This document shows, in pieces, positions 49,245 to 59,709 of a stretch of 64,000 nt of DNA; position 1 is the first letter of the stretch; each line of letters begins with the position of its first letter. Origin of the DNA: Flavobacteriales bacterium (lineage in GTDB: Bacteria > Bacteroidota > Bacteroidia > Flavobacteriales > CAJXXR01); NCBI GenBank assembly GCA_965243605.1, contig CBDEVQ010000112.1, positions 2,325-66,324 of the forward strand. Reading direction: 5' to 3'. A model generated the notes under the pieces. It made no database searches. It was not told where the DNA came from and was given only the letters and a program-made list of their open reading frames with translations. A program made the position numbers and the translations under genes.

Positions 49245-50882
49245 CTATTTCACAACTTTCTCAGTAGCCGACCATATTCCATTAGAAACTTGTATATAAT
49301 AGATTGATGTAGAGAAAGTAGATAAATCTAATTTGGTTTGCAACGCTTTAGTTGTATTATACATTAAAAGACGACCATAGCTATCGTATACCGAAATACG
49401 GTATTTGTTTAAAGTAGACGTATTATCATTAACTGTGATAACGACTTCTCTAGATGACTGACTTGAATATAACGTAAAAAAATTAGACTCAACTTCTTCT
49501 TCTAACACAGTCAAAGAATTATTCGTTATATCAAAATTTGAGTATTTCAACACGAATGCATCATGTTCTTCTGTTGTTATAGTATTTTCTCCAGAAGATG
49601 TTAAATCCATATCCATAAACTCAAAAAACGAACCACAAATCAACATTGTATCTGCATAAGCTTTCACATCTAAAACATAGGAATGATCTCCTAAATCTTG
49701 AGACATTCCTAAATAATTGAACTCATCATCGTATTTTGCTATATAGGTAGGAAATACAGTTCCTGGGTTATGAATTATTGGAGAATTTCCTACAGAAAAA
49801 TTAACAGGATTATAAAAATTTCCTATGGCATATATATTTCCGTCTTGGTCTACTTCTAAAATTTCAGGATTTAAACCAACTCCTTCTATTGTTTCTATCG
49901 TTTTTACCCAAAGTAAATTCCCTGAACTATCAAGCTTACAGATATACGCATTTGACATTTCCCACCCCCCATTTGGATCGTAATTATTATTTTCAAATTC
50001 TACGGTATCATTTCCTACATAACATTGTAATAACCCCCAATAATGGCCATATACTAACAAACCATTATTTTCTGTTTTCTCTATTAAACGTATAGACATT
50101 CCACCTTCATTATATCCATAATTTGTAGAACTAATTAGTCCACCTGTAGTCGCATTAAATTGCTCTAGAGTAAGAGCATATTCATTTCCTGAAATAGATG
50201 GTATATTTTCTAATTTTACACTTCGAAACTCTGAATTATTTATAACATCAAGATGCCCATTCATTTCTTCTACCCATTGGATATCCAAATCTGAATTATA
50301 TTTCGTTAAAGTAGAGTCTAAGTATGTATATATATTAGCTGAATCATCTTTAAACAACTCTTCTCTTCTTTCTCCAGTAGGTAAGCCTGATAAAGTTTGA
50401 CCAACATCTAAAACTGATATAACATTTATGAAAGAACCATTATGATCATATTTAGCTAAAAATACACCACCATCTCCCCAATTTAAAGTATCAATATCTG
50501 CAGAAGGATTAAAATCTATATTCCCTGAACCACTTCCCATTACATAAACATTAAGAGAATCATCAAGAAGAAGCTGATCTGCATTACCTCGAAAAGAAAC
50601 CATCCAAGATAATATCATATCCGAATTATATTTTGCAATTAAAGCATTTGTAGCAGGAGCAGATGGAAGTGTGATATTCACTGGTGCTCCAAAAGGATTG
50701 CAATCTGTCATATCTGTAACATCACCTACTACATAAATATCGCCATTAGGTGCTTTAACAACTTCATTAATCTTATCTAGATAATCCCCTCCAAAATTAA
50801 TGTGCGACTCTAAAGTTTGAGCATAAGAGATAGAAGAAAATAAGCAGACGCTTAAAAATATAAAACGTAACAAATATTTCAT
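49245..50882 (-). CDS. Secreted SBBP-like protein with a T9SS C-terminal sorting domain, paralog 3
   Basis: Same architecture. Signal peptide ends SISYAQTLE. C-terminus: ISVYDSYGRLL...YYIQVSNGIWSATEKVVK. Confidence 0.8.
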   Translation of the reverse strand: MKYLLRFIFLSVCLFSSISYAQTLESHINFGGDYLDKINEVVKAPNGDIYVVGDVTDMTDCNPFGAPVNITLPSAPATNALIAKYNSDMILSWMVSFRGNADQLLLDDSLNVYVMGSGSGNIDFNPSADIDTLNWGDGGVFLAKYDHNGSFINVISVLDVGQTLSGLPTGERREELFKDDSANIYTYLDSTLTKYNSDLDIQWVEEMNGHLDVINNSEFRSVKLENIPSISGNEYALTLEQFNATTGGLISSTNYGYNEGGMSIRLIEKTENNGLLVYGHYWGLLQCYVGNDTVEFENNNYDPNGGWEMSNAYICKLDSSGNLLWVKTIETIEGVGLNPEILEVDQDGNIYAIGNFYNPVNFSVGNSPIIHNPGTVFPTYIAKYDDEFNYLGMSQDLGDHSYVLDVKAYADTMLICGSFFEFMDMDLTSSGENTITTEEHDAFVLKYSNFDITNNSLTVLEEEVESNFFTLYSSQSSREVVITVNDNTSTLNKYRISVYDSYGRLLMYNTTKALQTKLDLSTFSTSIYYIQVSNGIWSATEKVVK

Positions 50883-51003
50883 AGTTTATTATTTTATTAA
50901 AAATCAATACTCTAAAGTACTTCTTTTTTTTTAATAAAAAAAGTTAATTATAAAACACATATGAGTATATATACATTACACCCTTTAAAATATATTATTG
51001 AAC

Positions 51004-51036
51004 ACAAAAAAAGGGTAATGCAATGCAAAACCCTTT
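51004..51036 (-). terminator. Rho-independent terminator of rpmB
   Basis: AAAGGGT / ACCCTTT stem with a 13-nt loop, followed by T7 on the minus strand. Confidence 0.55.
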
Positions 51037-51057
51037 TAATATTGTGTTGAAAACAAA

Positions 51058-51303
51058 TTAAGCCTTAGCTGTAAATGTTCCGTTTTCTTTAGCTCTTTTG
51101 ATAGCTTCAGTAATTCCAATCTTGTTGATTGTTTTTAATGTAGAAGTAGCAACACGTAATGTGATCCACTTATCTTCTTCTGGAAGAAAGAAACGCTTTT
51201 TAATTAAATTTACATCAAACGTTCTTTTAGTTCTTCTGATCGAGTGAGATACATTGTTACCCACCATCGCTTTCTTACCAGTTAATTGACAAATTCTTGA
51301 CAT
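51058..51303 (-). CDS. rpmB: 50S ribosomal protein L28
   Basis: MSRICQLTGKKAMVGNNVSHS N-terminus, typical of bL28. Confidence 0.93.
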   Translation of the reverse strand: MSRICQLTGKKAMVGNNVSHSIRRTKRTFDVNLIKKRFFLPEEDKWITLRVATSTLKTINKIGITEAIKRAKENGTFTAKA

Positions 51304-51382
51304 GGTATCTATTTTTTTAACTTAAGTTCTACTTTTAAGGAATGCAAATTTAACCTTTTAATTTTAATAAACAATTATCTAC

Positions 51383-52888
51383 CTATAAAATATCAGTATC
51401 TATCTGTAAACTATTTAAAAAGGAAACACTTGTCTGCATGTAGTCATGGCTTAGTACATCGTTTTCAATAAATGGTACATCTAAACGGTATGCACTCAAT
51501 AAACTTTCACCAAAACTCCCTGTTTTATAATCTCTAAATGCCATGGCTTGAGAGGCATTTAAAAGCTCTATAGCAAGTACTGACATTGTATTTTCTACAA
51601 CCTTATGTAATTTAGTGGCCGCATTTGCTCCCATACTTACATGATCTTCTTGTCCGTTACTAGACACAATTGAGTCTATGGAAGCTGGTGTACAATATTG
51701 TTTACTTTGACTTACAATAGAAGCCGCCGTATATTGAGGAATCATTAAACCTGAATTTAATCCTGGTTTAGCGACCAAGTATGCCGGTAAACCACGTTCT
51801 CCAGATATCAATTTATAAATACGACGTTCAGATATACTTCCTAATTCAGCAACTGCTATTGCTAAAAAGTCAAAACTTAAAGCAAGCGTTTGTCCATGGA
51901 AGTTACCCGCAGAAATTACACGATCTTCATCGGGAAATACATTTGGATTATCCGTAACTGAATTTATCTCGGTTAGTACAACTTTGGTAACATATTTTAT
52001 AGCATCTTTACTTGCTCCATGTACTTGAGGAACACATCTAAATGAATACGGATCCTGGACATGAACTTTATCACGTTTAGCCCCTTCGCTATCTTCTAAC
52101 AACGAATAGATTTTCTCAGCCGTTTTTAATTGCCCTTCATGCGGACGAATAGCATGAGAAAACACCTCAAAAGGTTCTGTTCTACCATCAAATGCATCTA
52201 AAGAAATAGACGTAATAATATCTGCCAGTTCAGAAATTTTAGTCGCCTTTAGAACATTCCACACTCCATAAGCACTCATAAATTGAGTTCCGTTCAATAG
52301 AGCTAGTCCTTCTTTAGATTGAAGTTTAATTGGTTCCCAATTGTATGTTTTTAACATATCAGCTGAATCAACAACTTCACCATTAATTTCAACTTTCCCT
52401 TCTCCTAAAAGAGGTAATGCAAGGTGTGCTAATGGAGATAAATCTCCTGAGGCACCTAAGCTACCTTGTGTATAAACAACGGGTAAGATTTCCGAATTAT
52501 AAAAATCAACTAAACGTTGGACTGTAACTAATTGCACTCCAGAATGCCCATAACTTAAAGATTGAATCTTTAAGAATAACATTAATCGAACAATATCATT
52601 TGGCACTCTACTTCCCATTCCACAAGCATGAGACATAACTAAGTTACGTTGTAACTGAGACAAATCTTCATGGTCTATAGAGTGGTCACATAATGACCCA
52701 AATCCAGTATTAATACCATAAATTGGAGCTTCTGATGTTTCCATTTTATGATCTAAATACGCTCTACACTTCTCTATTTTTTCAATTGCAGAATCTGAAA
52801 GCTTTATTTTCTTCCCTTCAAAAACAATAGCATATAAGTCTTTAAAACTTAAAAACTCACTAGATATAAGATGAAATTCCTCTTGCAT
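51383..52888 (-). CDS. hutH: Histidine ammonia-lyase (MIO-dependent aromatic amino acid lyase family)
   Basis: MIO-forming GASGDLSPLAH motif. The selectivity motif NLVMSHACGMG has Ser-His, as in HALs. Confidence 0.85.
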   Translation of the reverse strand: MQEEFHLISSEFLSFKDLYAIVFEGKKIKLSDSAIEKIEKCRAYLDHKMETSEAPIYGINTGFGSLCDHSIDHEDLSQLQRNLVMSHACGMGSRVPNDIVRLMLFLKIQSLSYGHSGVQLVTVQRLVDFYNSEILPVVYTQGSLGASGDLSPLAHLALPLLGEGKVEINGEVVDSADMLKTYNWEPIKLQSKEGLALLNGTQFMSAYGVWNVLKATKISELADIITSISLDAFDGRTEPFEVFSHAIRPHEGQLKTAEKIYSLLEDSEGAKRDKVHVQDPYSFRCVPQVHGASKDAIKYVTKVVLTEINSVTDNPNVFPDEDRVISAGNFHGQTLALSFDFLAIAVAELGSISERRIYKLISGERGLPAYLVAKPGLNSGLMIPQYTAASIVSQSKQYCTPASIDSIVSSNGQEDHVSMGANAATKLHKVVENTMSVLAIELLNASQAMAFRDYKTGSFGESLLSAYRLDVPFIENDVLSHDYMQTSVSFLNSLQIDTDIL

Positions 52889-52928
52889 ATTCTTTATTTT
52901 TTCGACATTGTCGATTTACGTTCTTACT

Positions 52929-54287
52929 TTATTTAAGCTGATTTATAAGCTCATCTATTTTAACAACAGATTGTACACCTTTATCCATGTCTTTTAGAAC
53001 GATTGTTCCATCTTCCATTTCATTTTCCCCTACCATAGCTACAAATGGGATATTACGTTTATTCGCGTAATTCATTTGTTTATTCATTTTGGTAGACTTT
53101 GGAAATAATTCAGCAGATATTCCAGCCATTCTTAGAGCTTTTAAGTAGACCATACATTGGTTAGCTTCTTCTTCTCCAAAGTTCATAAAACACACCTTTG
53201 TAGCTGTTGTTCTAAACTCAGGAAAACGATCTAATTCTTCAAGAACAAGGTAAATACGATCTAATCCAAAAGAAATTCCGACTCCAGAAACATCTTTAAG
53301 TCCAAAAATTCCTGTTAAATTATCGTAACGACCTCCACCTCCGATACTACCTAACTCAACTTCGTTAGATACCACTTCGAAAATAGCACCTGTGTAATAA
53401 TTTAATCCACGTGCTAAGGTTAAATCTAATTCTAAAGATGATTTATCTAAACCTAAAACTTCAGTCTTATCAATAATATATTGTAATTCTTCAATACCTT
53501 TTAATCCTTCCTGACTAGTTGATAATAAATCCGAAAGCTCTAAGAGCATCGATTTCACATCTCCTTTAACGTCAAGAACCTTATCAATAACTTGAATAGC
53601 TGAATCTGGAATACCGCGTTCTACCAATTCTTTAACAACACCTTCTTTCCCTATTTTGTCAAGTTTATCTAGGGCAACAGTAAAATCTATTAATTGTTCA
53701 GAAATTCCTGCAACCTCAGCAATACCTGCCAATATTTTACGGTTATTAACTCGTATTGTTGTACTTAACCCTAATGTTGAAAAGGCTGTATCATATAATT
53801 GAACTAATTCTACTTCGTACTGTAAAGAATCTGATCCAACAACATCAGCATCACATTGGTAAAATTCTCTATAACGTCCTTTTTGTGGCCTATCTGCTCT
53901 CCAAACCGGTTGCATTTGAAAACGCTTGAACGGAAATGTTATATCATTACGGTGTTGCACTACATATCTTGCGAAAGGTACCGTTAAATCATAACGTAAT
54001 GCTCTATCGCAAATGGCTGGTGTTAATACTTTTGTATTTTTTTCGGTTAATACATCGTTGTTTACCTTTTTAAGGTATTCTCCGTTATTTAATATCTTAA
54101 AAATTAACCGATCACCTTCTTCTCCATATTTACCCATTAATGTAGAGTAATTTTCGAAAGAGGGTGTTTCTATTTGGTCGAACGAAAATCGTTCGAATAT
54201 GTTTCTTAAGGTTGCAAAAAGGTAATTTCTTTTTTGCATTTCTAAAGGTGAGAAATCTCTCGTTCCTTTTGGTACAGATACTTTCAT
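52929..54287 (-). CDS. hisS: Histidine--tRNA ligase
   Basis: Class II aaRS motifs (PKGTRDF, FQMQPVWRADRPQKGRYREFYQCD, GGGRYDNL). Confidence 0.95.
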   Translation of the reverse strand: MKVSVPKGTRDFSPLEMQKRNYLFATLRNIFERFSFDQIETPSFENYSTLMGKYGEEGDRLIFKILNNGEYLKKVNNDVLTEKNTKVLTPAICDRALRYDLTVPFARYVVQHRNDITFPFKRFQMQPVWRADRPQKGRYREFYQCDADVVGSDSLQYEVELVQLYDTAFSTLGLSTTIRVNNRKILAGIAEVAGISEQLIDFTVALDKLDKIGKEGVVKELVERGIPDSAIQVIDKVLDVKGDVKSMLLELSDLLSTSQEGLKGIEELQYIIDKTEVLGLDKSSLELDLTLARGLNYYTGAIFEVVSNEVELGSIGGGGRYDNLTGIFGLKDVSGVGISFGLDRIYLVLEELDRFPEFRTTATKVCFMNFGEEEANQCMVYLKALRMAGISAELFPKSTKMNKQMNYANKRNIPFVAMVGENEMEDGTIVLKDMDKGVQSVVKIDELINQLK

Positions 54288-54330
54288 GAGTTTTCTGTTT
54301 TATTATTTCCTGAGACCTTCTTATACTAGG

Positions 54331-55491
54331 TTATTCAGAGTCATTATTATTTTTCTTAGAACCTGCGTACATTTTATATCCGGTAAGTTCACATTCTATT
54401 TTACCTTGAAATAATTTTTTACGCTTGGTCTGTTTTAGTCCAATATATTTCTTTACAGTTCCTACTGGAGAAATAAACCATGCTTCCGCCCCTGGATAAT
54501 CATGCTTTAAAAGCGTCCCTATACGCTCTATCATTTCAGGTAAATTTGCCTGAATACGTTTGTCATATGGGGGGTTAGTAACAATAAACCTAGGCGATTC
54601 AATATTTTGCGGTTGTAAAAAATCAGCCTGCTTTAATTCTACAAGATCATCTAAAAAGGCATTCTTTAAGTGCTTTTTAGCAACACTAACATAGTTTGCA
54701 TTTAAATCTGATGCATAGAAGTTATTATGGAAATACTCAATTTTATCAAGACTTACTTCCTTAATTTTCTCCCATAATTTTTCATCATAGTTTTTCCAAT
54801 GCATAAATCCATATTCCTCTCTTACAACACCAGATGGCATGTTCTTAGCCATCATTATAGCTTCTATAACAAATGTTGCAGAACCACACATAGGATCCCA
54901 AAAATCCATTGGTTTAGGCCATCCTGCTAATCTTAAAATTCCGGCAGCCAAAACTTCATTAATTGGTGCTTCATGTCTTTCGGTTTTATAACCACGTTTA
55001 AACAATGGAGCTCCTGAAGAATTAAGGTATAAACTTGCTTTATCCCCATCGATATGTAGAAAGATTGGAACATCTGGGTTTTTAGAATCTACGTTTGGAC
55101 GTTGATGGTCAAATTTCTCACGGTATCGATCAACAATAGCATCTTTACATAATAAGGATGCGTAATGTGAATGGCTTAATGATGATCGGTTTGTAACCGC
55201 TTGAACACGAAATGTTTTCTCTAATCCGAAATAATTTTCCCATTCAATATGGTTAACTTTTTTATAAAATTTATCCTCGTTATAAAACGTGAACGTTTCT
55301 ACGGGACATAAGATGTTTAGAGCAGTTTGAAGTCTGAAATTGGCTTTATACATAAATCCTAAATCTCCTTTAAAGCTAACGGCTCTATTCAGTTCTTTTA
55401 CATCTCTGGCTCCTATACTTTTAAGTTCTTCGGCTAATACTCCCTCTAAACCATAAAACGTTTGGGCCAACATTTTAAAATCGTCTTGCAT
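54331..55491 (-). CDS. THUMP-domain class I SAM-dependent RNA methyltransferase
   Basis: N-terminal THUMP-like region plus the methyltransferase motifs DPMCGSATF and NPPYDKR. Confidence 0.85.
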   Translation of the reverse strand: MQDDFKMLAQTFYGLEGVLAEELKSIGARDVKELNRAVSFKGDLGFMYKANFRLQTALNILCPVETFTFYNEDKFYKKVNHIEWENYFGLEKTFRVQAVTNRSSLSHSHYASLLCKDAIVDRYREKFDHQRPNVDSKNPDVPIFLHIDGDKASLYLNSSGAPLFKRGYKTERHEAPINEVLAAGILRLAGWPKPMDFWDPMCGSATFVIEAIMMAKNMPSGVVREEYGFMHWKNYDEKLWEKIKEVSLDKIEYFHNNFYASDLNANYVSVAKKHLKNAFLDDLVELKQADFLQPQNIESPRFIVTNPPYDKRIQANLPEMIERIGTLLKHDYPGAEAWFISPVGTVKKYIGLKQTKRKKLFQGKIECELTGYKMYAGSKKNNNDSE

Positions 55492-55861
55492 ACTGTTATT
55501 TTATAGCGCTTTTATAAACGCGCTACAAATATAATGAGATAATAAATATTGAATGCTAGTATTGGATATATTTAAACTAGAATATAACCATAATTGCCAT
55601 CTCAATAAAAATAAATTCAATATGACCTGTATATTAAGTCTTCGTTATTGAGTAAAAAGAGCATAAGGCTAACCCTTAATTAATTATATTTTTTAATGTT
55701 GTGTTATAATTAAGTAAGTATAAAAAAAAGGCAAACCTTTTGAATGCTAACATTTTTTTGCTTACATTTAGATCAATTATTAAAGATATCTAGGTATTAT
55801 TCTTAAAGGATTATCTTATTTATACTAGTAACACATCCTCTATTAAAACAAATCTTCCCAC

Positions 55862-55899
55862 AAAAAAAAAGCTCCAATTATTTGAGGCTTTTTTTTTTG
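55862..55899 (-). terminator. Rho-independent terminator of the outer-membrane protein gene
   Basis: Imperfect AGCTCCAA / TTGAGGCT stem flanked by A9 and T10. Confidence 0.6.
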
Positions 55900-55918
55900 C
55901 AATATATTTTTTTAAAGG

Positions 55919-58348
55919 TTACATCATTCCTCCACCATCACCTCCAAATTGTCCTCTATTAGGCTTATTAGATTTCTTTTGATTAATTCTATATGAGAAA
56001 TTTGCACGTATGGTTCTAGAATTCCATTGGAAATTATAGTTTGATACAAAATCAGGCGTTACAGAGGTTGCTCTTCTACGTCTACTATTTAATATATCTC
56101 TTACTGAAAGAGAGAATGTTCCTTTTCCTTTTAATATATCCTTAGAAAACCCCATATCCCATGCGTACCTAGGCTCTACTTCACCTTGAGTATCCTGAGT
56201 AGCAGCTCTATAATTAAACGAGGTCTGAAATACGATATCTTTTGGTAAGATATAATTGGCACTCAATCGTGTATTCCAACTATAAGCATCTGTATCCAAA
56301 TTAAGTACACGTGTAACATCTCCAGTTGTTTGAATATACTCTGCATCTATTACTTGTCTGAAAATATTACAATTGGCTCTTAACTTTAGTTTCTTAGTTG
56401 GTTTATAAGACCCAGTAAGCTCAACTCCATAATCATTACTTGTTCCAATATTAAACGGCTTTATCATGGCTCTATTTTGATCAACATCTACAGATAAAAA
56501 TAAGCGATCAATTATATCTGTTGAATGTCTATAGTATACACTTGCTAAAAAACTTCCTTTATCCCAGAAGTTTAATTTACTGGCTTCGTATGAGTATGTA
56601 TAACTAGGATTTAGTTCTGGATTTCCAGTAAAGAATGTTCTTTCATTTGAAAAACTAAAAAATGGCATTAAATGCCAACGTCTTGGTCTATTTATTCGCT
56701 TACTAAAACTAAGTTGGTATGAGCTTGTTTCGTCTTTTTTATATGAAACATGTGCTGTAGGAAATATTCCATTATATGTTCTTTCATATTTTTCATCTGT
56801 TAAATGAAATGTTGATTTCACATTTGAATACTCATTTCTAAGCCCAACTTGATAGGATATTTTACCGACTTCATTCGCATACATAAAGTATGCAGCATAT
56901 ATCTTCTCGTCGTAATTTAAGCTATTATAAAAATCACCTAAAATATTCCAGTCCAATTCATCATTTAAACGTTGCTCAACAATATAATCTACATCCATAT
57001 CTTGACCAGTCATTTTTAAACCTGCTTCTACTTTAGATTTTCCCTTTAAGGGTAAAGTATAGTCTAACTGAAGGAGAATATTTTTTGCGTTTTCATCATT
57101 AGCAACACGTTGGTATTTATCGTTAAAATTAGAATTGGTGTTTAACTCTTGTATTGGTCCACCTTCTTCTTCTTTCCTTGATGAATACTGTGCATCAAAT
57201 GTTAATTTCTGTCCCTCCTTTTTACCATCTCTAGTAAAATTTAATGAGATATCATGTCCAGAAGACGTTTCACTATCTTTCAAATCTCTAACAACGTAAT
57301 TCGATAAAATCGACGTTGAATCGTAATCCCAATACTCTCTATTGGTTTCATCTTCCCCAGAACCTTTAGTGTAAACAGTAGAAAGGGTTAATACATTTTT
57401 TTTATTGATGTAGTAATCCGTCCCTAATCTAAATACGTTAGATTTCCCTGTTCTATCGTCTGTATGTTCTGTTTTAAAAAAGGCATCTGAATTGGTAAAG
57501 TATTGTTCCATATCACCAGAACCTTTATTACTTCTGTAATCGTGACTTAATCCAGTAAAAATATTAAACTTCTTTTGGCGAATATTTAAATTAAATCCGC
57601 CTCCGTAACTTAATGGATCTCCTAATCTTGCGTTAATTACACCGTTAATTCCTTTTACCTTATCCTTTTTTAAAATAATATTGATAATCCCAACTTCACC
57701 ACCGGCATCATATCGTGCCGAAGGATTTGTAATTATTTCAACTTTTTCGATAGTTTCAGCAGGAATCATATCTAAAGCATTCGTAGAGCTTAAACCCAAT
57801 AACGATGATGGTTTTCCATCAATCAATACTCTTACATTTTGACTACCTCTTAAACTTACTCCTCCATCAATATCAACTTCAACTGATGGAATATTATCTA
57901 GAATCTGAGATGCATTCCCTCCTTTATTTGTAAGATCTTTACCTACATTAAATTCACGTTTATCTATCTTAAGTTGCATTTGATTCTTTTCCGCAGTTAA
58001 CTCTAACTCAGAAAGCATTTCCTCAGATGCAGACATCGAAATTCCATTCAAGTTCAAATTACTATTAACTGTAATTGGTTGTTGATGATCTTTATAACTT
58101 AAAAATTGAACTTTAAAATTATATGTTCCCGCTTTAACTTCGATATTAAATTTACCTTCTGCATCTGTAGCCGATCCAACAATAATATCTCCAGATTCTT
58201 TATCTAAAAGTAAAACCGCTGCATAGGGCAATCGTTCTTGAGTAGCCGAATCATATAGCCACCCCGACACATTATACATAGCCTGACTCCAGGCAGTTTG
58301 GCTAAATAGCAATAAAAAAATTGAAAAAAGGAATATACGCTTGAACAT
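55919..58348 (-). CDS. Outer-membrane beta-barrel protein, TonB-dependent-receptor-like (CarboxypepD_reg-like N-domain, plug, barrel)
   Basis: Signal peptide. An N-terminal Ig-like domain (YNVSGWLYD...GKFNIEV). A plug-like segment (IPSVEVDIDGGVSLRGS..VRVLIDGKP). A long alternating beta-strand region. An unusual Gly-rich C-terminus (FGGDGGGMM). Confidence 0.8.
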   Translation of the reverse strand: MFKRIFLFSIFLLLFSQTAWSQAMYNVSGWLYDSATQERLPYAAVLLLDKESGDIIVGSATDAEGKFNIEVKAGTYNFKVQFLSYKDHQQPITVNSNLNLNGISMSASEEMLSELELTAEKNQMQLKIDKREFNVGKDLTNKGGNASQILDNIPSVEVDIDGGVSLRGSQNVRVLIDGKPSSLLGLSSTNALDMIPAETIEKVEIITNPSARYDAGGEVGIINIILKKDKVKGINGVINARLGDPLSYGGGFNLNIRQKKFNIFTGLSHDYRSNKGSGDMEQYFTNSDAFFKTEHTDDRTGKSNVFRLGTDYYINKKNVLTLSTVYTKGSGEDETNREYWDYDSTSILSNYVVRDLKDSETSSGHDISLNFTRDGKKEGQKLTFDAQYSSRKEEEGGPIQELNTNSNFNDKYQRVANDENAKNILLQLDYTLPLKGKSKVEAGLKMTGQDMDVDYIVEQRLNDELDWNILGDFYNSLNYDEKIYAAYFMYANEVGKISYQVGLRNEYSNVKSTFHLTDEKYERTYNGIFPTAHVSYKKDETSSYQLSFSKRINRPRRWHLMPFFSFSNERTFFTGNPELNPSYTYSYEASKLNFWDKGSFLASVYYRHSTDIIDRLFLSVDVDQNRAMIKPFNIGTSNDYGVELTGSYKPTKKLKLRANCNIFRQVIDAEYIQTTGDVTRVLNLDTDAYSWNTRLSANYILPKDIVFQTSFNYRAATQDTQGEVEPRYAWDMGFSKDILKGKGTFSLSVRDILNSRRRRATSVTPDFVSNYNFQWNSRTIRANFSYRINQKKSNKPNRGQFGGDGGGMM

Positions 58349-58427
58349 ATCTTTGGAATTTAATGCGCAATATTAATCATGAACCTTCAACTATTATTAA
58401 AAACCGTGTTAAATTAGATTAATACTC

Positions 58428-58464
58428 AAAAAAAAAGCAAGCTATAAATAGCTTGCTTTTTTTT
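58428..58464. terminator. Rho-independent terminator between the 307-aa lipoprotein and the outer-membrane protein genes
   Basis: AGCAAGCTA / TAGCTTGCT stem flanked by A9 and T8. Confidence 0.75.
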
Positions 58465-58484
58465 ATAAAGTGTCTCGTTCTGTA

Positions 58485-59408
58485 TTAATCTACGACTATG
58501 GCTTTAACTTCTCCATTAATAAATGGTATTTCAATGGATGGATCTGAAGCGTTCAAAAATTGCCCAGAAAATGTCATCGATAAAATATTGTCTGTAAACT
58601 CTACAAACGTAACTTGTCCACTAGTGGACACATAATAGGTTGGCGTTGCACCTCCTAATTCAACATAATTAATAATATTACCAGTTGTTGATAATGGAAT
58701 GGTCTGACCAACTAAATTTGATAATGTATTAATATCGTTAACATTCGTAAATGCCATTGATATAATATTAGAAAGATTTTGTCCTGTAATCGCTAAATAT
58801 GATGGAGTTGCTGTAAATGTAGCTTCACAAGCCAATGAATCCCACTTAAAAATAGCTCCATTAATTGTAGCCTCTATAGTTCCAACAACATCTGTTGGTA
58901 CTGGTGGAGGTGGTGGATTAACAGATGAAGATGTATCTGCGTTTCCAATTAGTAGATTATCTCCCAATCCATTTGATAATCTATTCCCATTCAAGAATTC
59001 AACATCAAAATCAAAATCGATTCTATTATTAATATAATTTACATTAATTGAACCAGATGTTGCTTGATGCTCAACACCATCATCAAAAAATGTTAGAGTA
59101 AAAAAGTTATTTACTCCAAACTGGTATTCTCCTATTGTTAATTCATTACCTTCTAGGGTTCCTAAATTAATAATTAAAGAATCTTCAGCGTTTGAATAAC
59201 CTATGATTTTAACATTTGTAAGTGTAGGTGTAATACTATATGTTGGAGATGTATGATTCTCAGTAATAGCAGCAGTTCCAAATCCTTTTACATATTCCCA
59301 AGTAAAAACTTCATCTACCTCTTCTTTTTCTACATCTACATTACACGAAATCACACCGATGAGAAGTGTAATAAATACAAGAAAAATGGAAAACTTATTC
59401 GAAAACAT
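58485..59408 (-). CDS. Hypothetical two-domain lipoprotein (307 aa)
   Basis: Lipobox GVISC. The N-domain is paralogous to 59710-60228. A PPPPPVP linker precedes a second domain. Confidence 0.7.
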   Translation of the reverse strand: MFSNKFSIFLVFITLLIGVISCNVDVEKEEVDEVFTWEYVKGFGTAAITENHTSPTYSITPTLTNVKIIGYSNAEDSLIINLGTLEGNELTIGEYQFGVNNFFTLTFFDDGVEHQATSGSINVNYINNRIDFDFDVEFLNGNRLSNGLGDNLLIGNADTSSSVNPPPPPVPTDVVGTIEATINGAIFKWDSLACEATFTATPSYLAITGQNLSNIISMAFTNVNDINTLSNLVGQTIPLSTTGNIINYVELGGATPTYYVSTSGQVTFVEFTDNILSMTFSGQFLNASDPSIEIPFINGEVKAIVVD

Positions 59409-59644
59409 ACAAATTCTAATTTATGTTATGATACTTATTTTTCTCAAATATACACGTTTTTTGAAAATAGCAATTTCTGATAAATTCATATATCTCAAAA
59501 CTTTAAGAAAAACAGGTAAATATGTTCAATTATTCATGATTTCTCTTCAATGTTGTTAAAAATACAACACCTCATTATTCATTTTAATATCTAATACTAA
59601 ATTCAAAATGAATTTCTATAGCTTTAACACAATAGCTTTAATAC

Positions 59645-59688
59645 AAAAAAAGAGCTTCGTTTTTATATAAAAACGAAGCTCTTTTTTT
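59645..59688. terminator. Bidirectional rho-independent terminator
   Basis: AGAGCTTCGTTTTTA / TAAAAACGAAGCTCT stem flanked by A6 and T6. Confidence 0.8.
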
Positions 59689-59709
59689 GTATTAAATATA
59701 AGTTGATAA

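Noticed and set aside
50883-51057. No rpmG (L33) ORF downstream of rpmB, which might suggest the SBBP array displaced it.
   Set aside because: The 175-bp interval holds only the rpmB terminator and the promoter region for the SBBP gene. The ancestral arrangement is unknown without comparative data, so this stays speculation.
59253-59559. Two overlapping plus-strand ORFs (59253-59480 and 59359-59559) between the two lipoprotein genes.
   Set aside because: They overlap the 5' end of the 307-aa lipoprotein gene and its promoter region. The composition is AT-rich and low-complexity, and I see no supporting signals.
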